A stretch of DNA of 64,000 nucleotides from Eledone cirrhosa (lineage: Eukaryota), in contig OZ024742.1 in assembly GCA_964016885.1 (NCBI GenBank), positions 248,372,001-248,436,000 of the forward strand, written 5' to 3'. The notes under the pieces are model-generated. The model was not told where the DNA came from. It did not search any database and worked only from the letters and a program-made list of their open reading frames with translations. Shown in pieces: positions 60,369 to 64,000 of the stretch. Each line of letters starts with the position of its first letter. Position 1 is the stretch's first letter. A program made the position numbers and the translations under genes.

Positions 60369-60418
60369 ATATATATAAATAAAACGTCGAAAACTATCAG
60401 AGGAACCACATAACCATG

Positions 60419-60504
<86 letters not shown>

Positions 60505-60505
60505 G

Positions 60506-60557
<52 letters not shown>

Positions 60558-61987
60558 TAATTATACATATATAGATATATAATGATAATGGACCTTCCGT
60601 ATGTTTCGACGAATTACATTCATTGTTAAATATCTAGCAAGATAATTAAGTTGTTTGTAATTGAATATTCAACAGACACGTATGTCCTTAAGCTAAGAGC
60701 AAAAACGAATCAGTGTCAAAATACTTGAGATTTGGATCACAGGAACAATCCGTCTATTCACTTCTTCCACAGTTTATGTCTAATCAGTTTCACTTACAAG
60801 GCTATAATAAAATATTTTCCCATCATATCACGCAGATCGAACTAGCAACATCGTAATTGAGAAGTGAACATCTTAACCATCCATCCGTAAACACGTTCAC
60901 AATTTTCAACTGTTAATAATTATTCGGTTAACGAACTGACAATAAAAGTGTGTCACACACTCATTTTACCAGAAAAACACACATCCGAAATCGAGTGGAA
61001 GTATATCATCACGTTTACCGAAAAGAATAGATTAATTAATTAATTAATGACTGAGAAATAAAACGTATTTTTGTTTACTCTTCAACTATTTTTTTCTTTT
61101 GGTTTCCGCCTATCTACTTGATGAAACCAGAGTCAAACAAACTCAAAACGCAATCGTTAGTAGTTCAGTCATCTTATTAATTAAACGAATCGTTTATCCT
61201 TAAGTGATATTAAGAACCTAACACGAAATGATTTTATCATGCGAAGTGATTATATATCTGAAAATTCAATATCATGTGTAAATGAAATAAATATTTGTTG
61301 TTAGAAATGTGTTTCCTTTTTCTTGACTTATCTAATAATTTTGAAAGACAAGCAAATAAAATTGGAAAGAGGAAAGCCCTGCTGGTTACATTGTTACAAA
61401 TATAGAACGCTTGTAATTAATTGTTTTTGTTTTTTTTAAAGAGATATTTATTTTTATAGTGACTAGAATTATTTAAGTTCATTTAAACTTCTTAACGAAG
61501 AGAAGAATGACAAACATTCTACGTACCAATTTATGAAGTAGGTGTTGTGTTCTAAGTATGTCATATGACAAATAGTTTATAATAAAGAGAATACTACATA
61601 GTTCTTACGTGGAATCGGGTTTAGGAAGCGTTTATGTCTTAAACATCTGTATGTATTACACACGCAAAGAGACACACACCACCACATACACACACACTTT
61701 CACACACACAAACACACACATAGATATCCGTTAAATATTGATATTCGCGAAAGTGAATAATCAAATCTGTAGAAGTTAAATATACTAAGGTCAAGTAAGA
61801 CATTTGCCAGTACATTTACAGGGTCATTAAACAAGACTAATCTCTCTGTGGGTAAAGATAATCCATTTCTTTAGTTGTTTCTTCGGTAATGGACTGTGAA
61901 TACGAATTCAAATGTCAATAGTGACATATCTCTGGTTTCATCTGCTAATGAATATTATATATATATCGGAGACGAACTTGTATAAAA

Positions 61988-62079
61988 GCATATCTGAAGA
62001 GCTTTCGATTACAGAGTCACGTTCGATCTACAATGAATCTTGCATCAAGCTGATCGATAGAAACACATATGTAATTTGT
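61988..62079 (+). ncRNA. Probable hammerhead with extended stem II; relative at 22869-22955
   Basis: gcatat-CTGAAGA-gctttcgatt...gatcgata-GAAA-cacatatg-TA^-atttgt. One stem I mismatch. Confidence 0.55.
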
Positions 62080-62126
62080 TAAATATACTATGATAAAACA
62101 CTGAATCCATGTTCCTCAGCCTTATC

Positions 62127-62158
<32 letters not shown>

Positions 62159-62267
62159 CAGAGGAGTTGTGGTAAGAAACCAGATGGACCATAACGCACC
62201 AGAAATAGCAGTCCAGAAATAGCTGTCGAGACGGCTTGAGCTCTGCCGCCGAGGTCATACTTTCTCC

Positions 62268-62299
<32 letters not shown>

Positions 62300-62649
62300 A
62301 TATATATACATATATATATGTAGAATATATATATATAGAATATATATATACATATATATATGTAGAATATATATATACATATATATATATTCATATATAT
62401 ATATATATATAGATATAAACATATATGGAAAATAAGAAATCAATAGAAAATGGTAATAGAAGTTTATCATGTAAGAAGAAAAAAACATTTTTTAAAACCA
62501 ACTTTTAGTACCGGTTTCAGTCGAATATAACTTATACTTCATCATAATAGAAAAAATATAAGAAATATAGCAAAAAGTTAAAGTGTATATTAATTAGAAG
62601 AGCATATTAGAAAACATAGTTTACATATATATAAGTTCACATTTGCGTT

Positions 62650-62730
<81 letters not shown>

Positions 62731-62764
62731 TCTCTCTCTCTCCCTCTCTCTCTCTCTCCCTCTC

Positions 62765-62795
<31 letters not shown>

Positions 62796-62972
62796 CCGTT
62801 GGTGATGTGGTGGTAGTAGCAGCCAAAATAGTAGCAGTTGGGTTGTCGCCTTTCGCTCTCTGACCCCCCCCCCATATATATATATAAGAAGAAATTGAAA
62901 GATGGTTAGAAAAGTTCCATGTATTTTATTATGCTCACAAGTGTCTTTTTTAAGCTTCATATCATGTCTCCC

Positions 62973-63043
62973 TATTTTATCTGATGAGAACGCAAATATC
63001 GTCCCTGGATGATATTTGTTTTTGAAATGCGCATAATAAAATA
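62973..63043 (+). ncRNA. Type I hammerhead ribozyme motif, intact core
   Basis: TATTTTAT-CTGATGA-[gaacgcaaatatcgtcc ct ggatgatatttgttttt]-GAAA-tgcgca-TA^-ATAAAATA. 8-bp stem I and palindromic stem III. Confidence 0.88.
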
Positions 63044-63400
63044 CATGGAACTTTTCTAACCATCTTTTAATTTCTTCTTATATATACTCCAGTCCAATAA
63101 ACTGTTGAGTGCTACTTATCCGATATTTGCATTGCTTTATTGTGCTACAATAAAACTCACCTCCGACACACACAAATATATATATATAACAAAGGAATTG
63201 TGGTAAGGAACCAAATGGACCATAACGCACCAGAGTACTCAATACTTAGGGTATTAGAGTGGGAAATAGGAAAACGTATGACCCCGACGGCAGAGCTCAA
63301 TGTATATATATATATATATATATATACATTATCACTGATGAGGGACTCATTTTATAACATGTTATCCATGTGCAACCATGCAGTATTCTGCTCCCCATTT

Positions 63401-63488
<88 letters not shown>

Positions 63489-63747
63489 TTATATACTGAA
63501 GTAAAAATTAAGTGGCAATATCCAAGAGTATGAGCACTCAGTACATTGGACCAGTTTAGTATAAATATTACAACAGTGACATGAACAGGCACTCAAGTTT
63601 CGTTGGGTTCTGGCCATCGTTGTTTTCCATTTTTCTCGAGACAGGCTGAAGAAATTGGGGCCCAGAACCCAACGAAACTTGTGTACTTGTTTATGTCTCA
63701 CACACACACTCTCTCTCACACACACACACATATATATATATTGGGAA

Positions 63748-63838
63748 AATAATTGTTTCTACCTTTGGTACATGGTCACCAAGTATCCCAGTGTATTACT
63801 GGTACTTTATTTTATCGAACCCGTAAGGATGAAAGAGC
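63748..63838 (-). mobile_element. Truncated SINE, same family
   Basis: Tail and core only. Confidence 0.75.
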
Positions 63839-64000
63839 AAAATAATAACAGCAAAACATCTTTTTAAATTTCCGGTTTCAGCTGATAATTGTTTCAGTTT
63901 CTTCATGCTACAGGAAATATGATAAAAAGTATATAATAAAATTAAGATGTATATTAATAAGAAGAGTGTATTAGAGAACATAGTTTTCATATGTATAAAA

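Overview
AT-rich, microsatellite-dense eukaryotic repeat DNA with no host gene I can support. The SINE types and repeat landscape resemble an octopus/cephalopod genome (inference). Most listed ORFs are (TA)n/(CA)n/(GA)n translation artefacts. Recognisable elements: a near full-length Tx1/L1-type LINE (35321-41160, minus) inside an (AAT)n run, a decayed Vingi/Ingi-type LINE, an R4/Dong 3' fragment, two RTE-type 3' fragments, a decayed DD37D/maT-like mariner, three Penelope-like (PLE) GIY-YIG fragments, many SINEs and a 21-bp minisatellite. The main finding is that many short 'unique' islands between (TA)n runs are non-coding cassettes carrying type I hammerhead ribozyme (HHR) motifs. I folded about 18 motifs by eye, from roughly ten families that share little beyond the catalytic core. 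Many are arranged as inverted or palindromic pairs, some have very long stem II inserts, and one related inverted cassette pair encloses a 150-bp copy of nearby DNA. All folds and alignments were done by eye, so coordinates are approximate.
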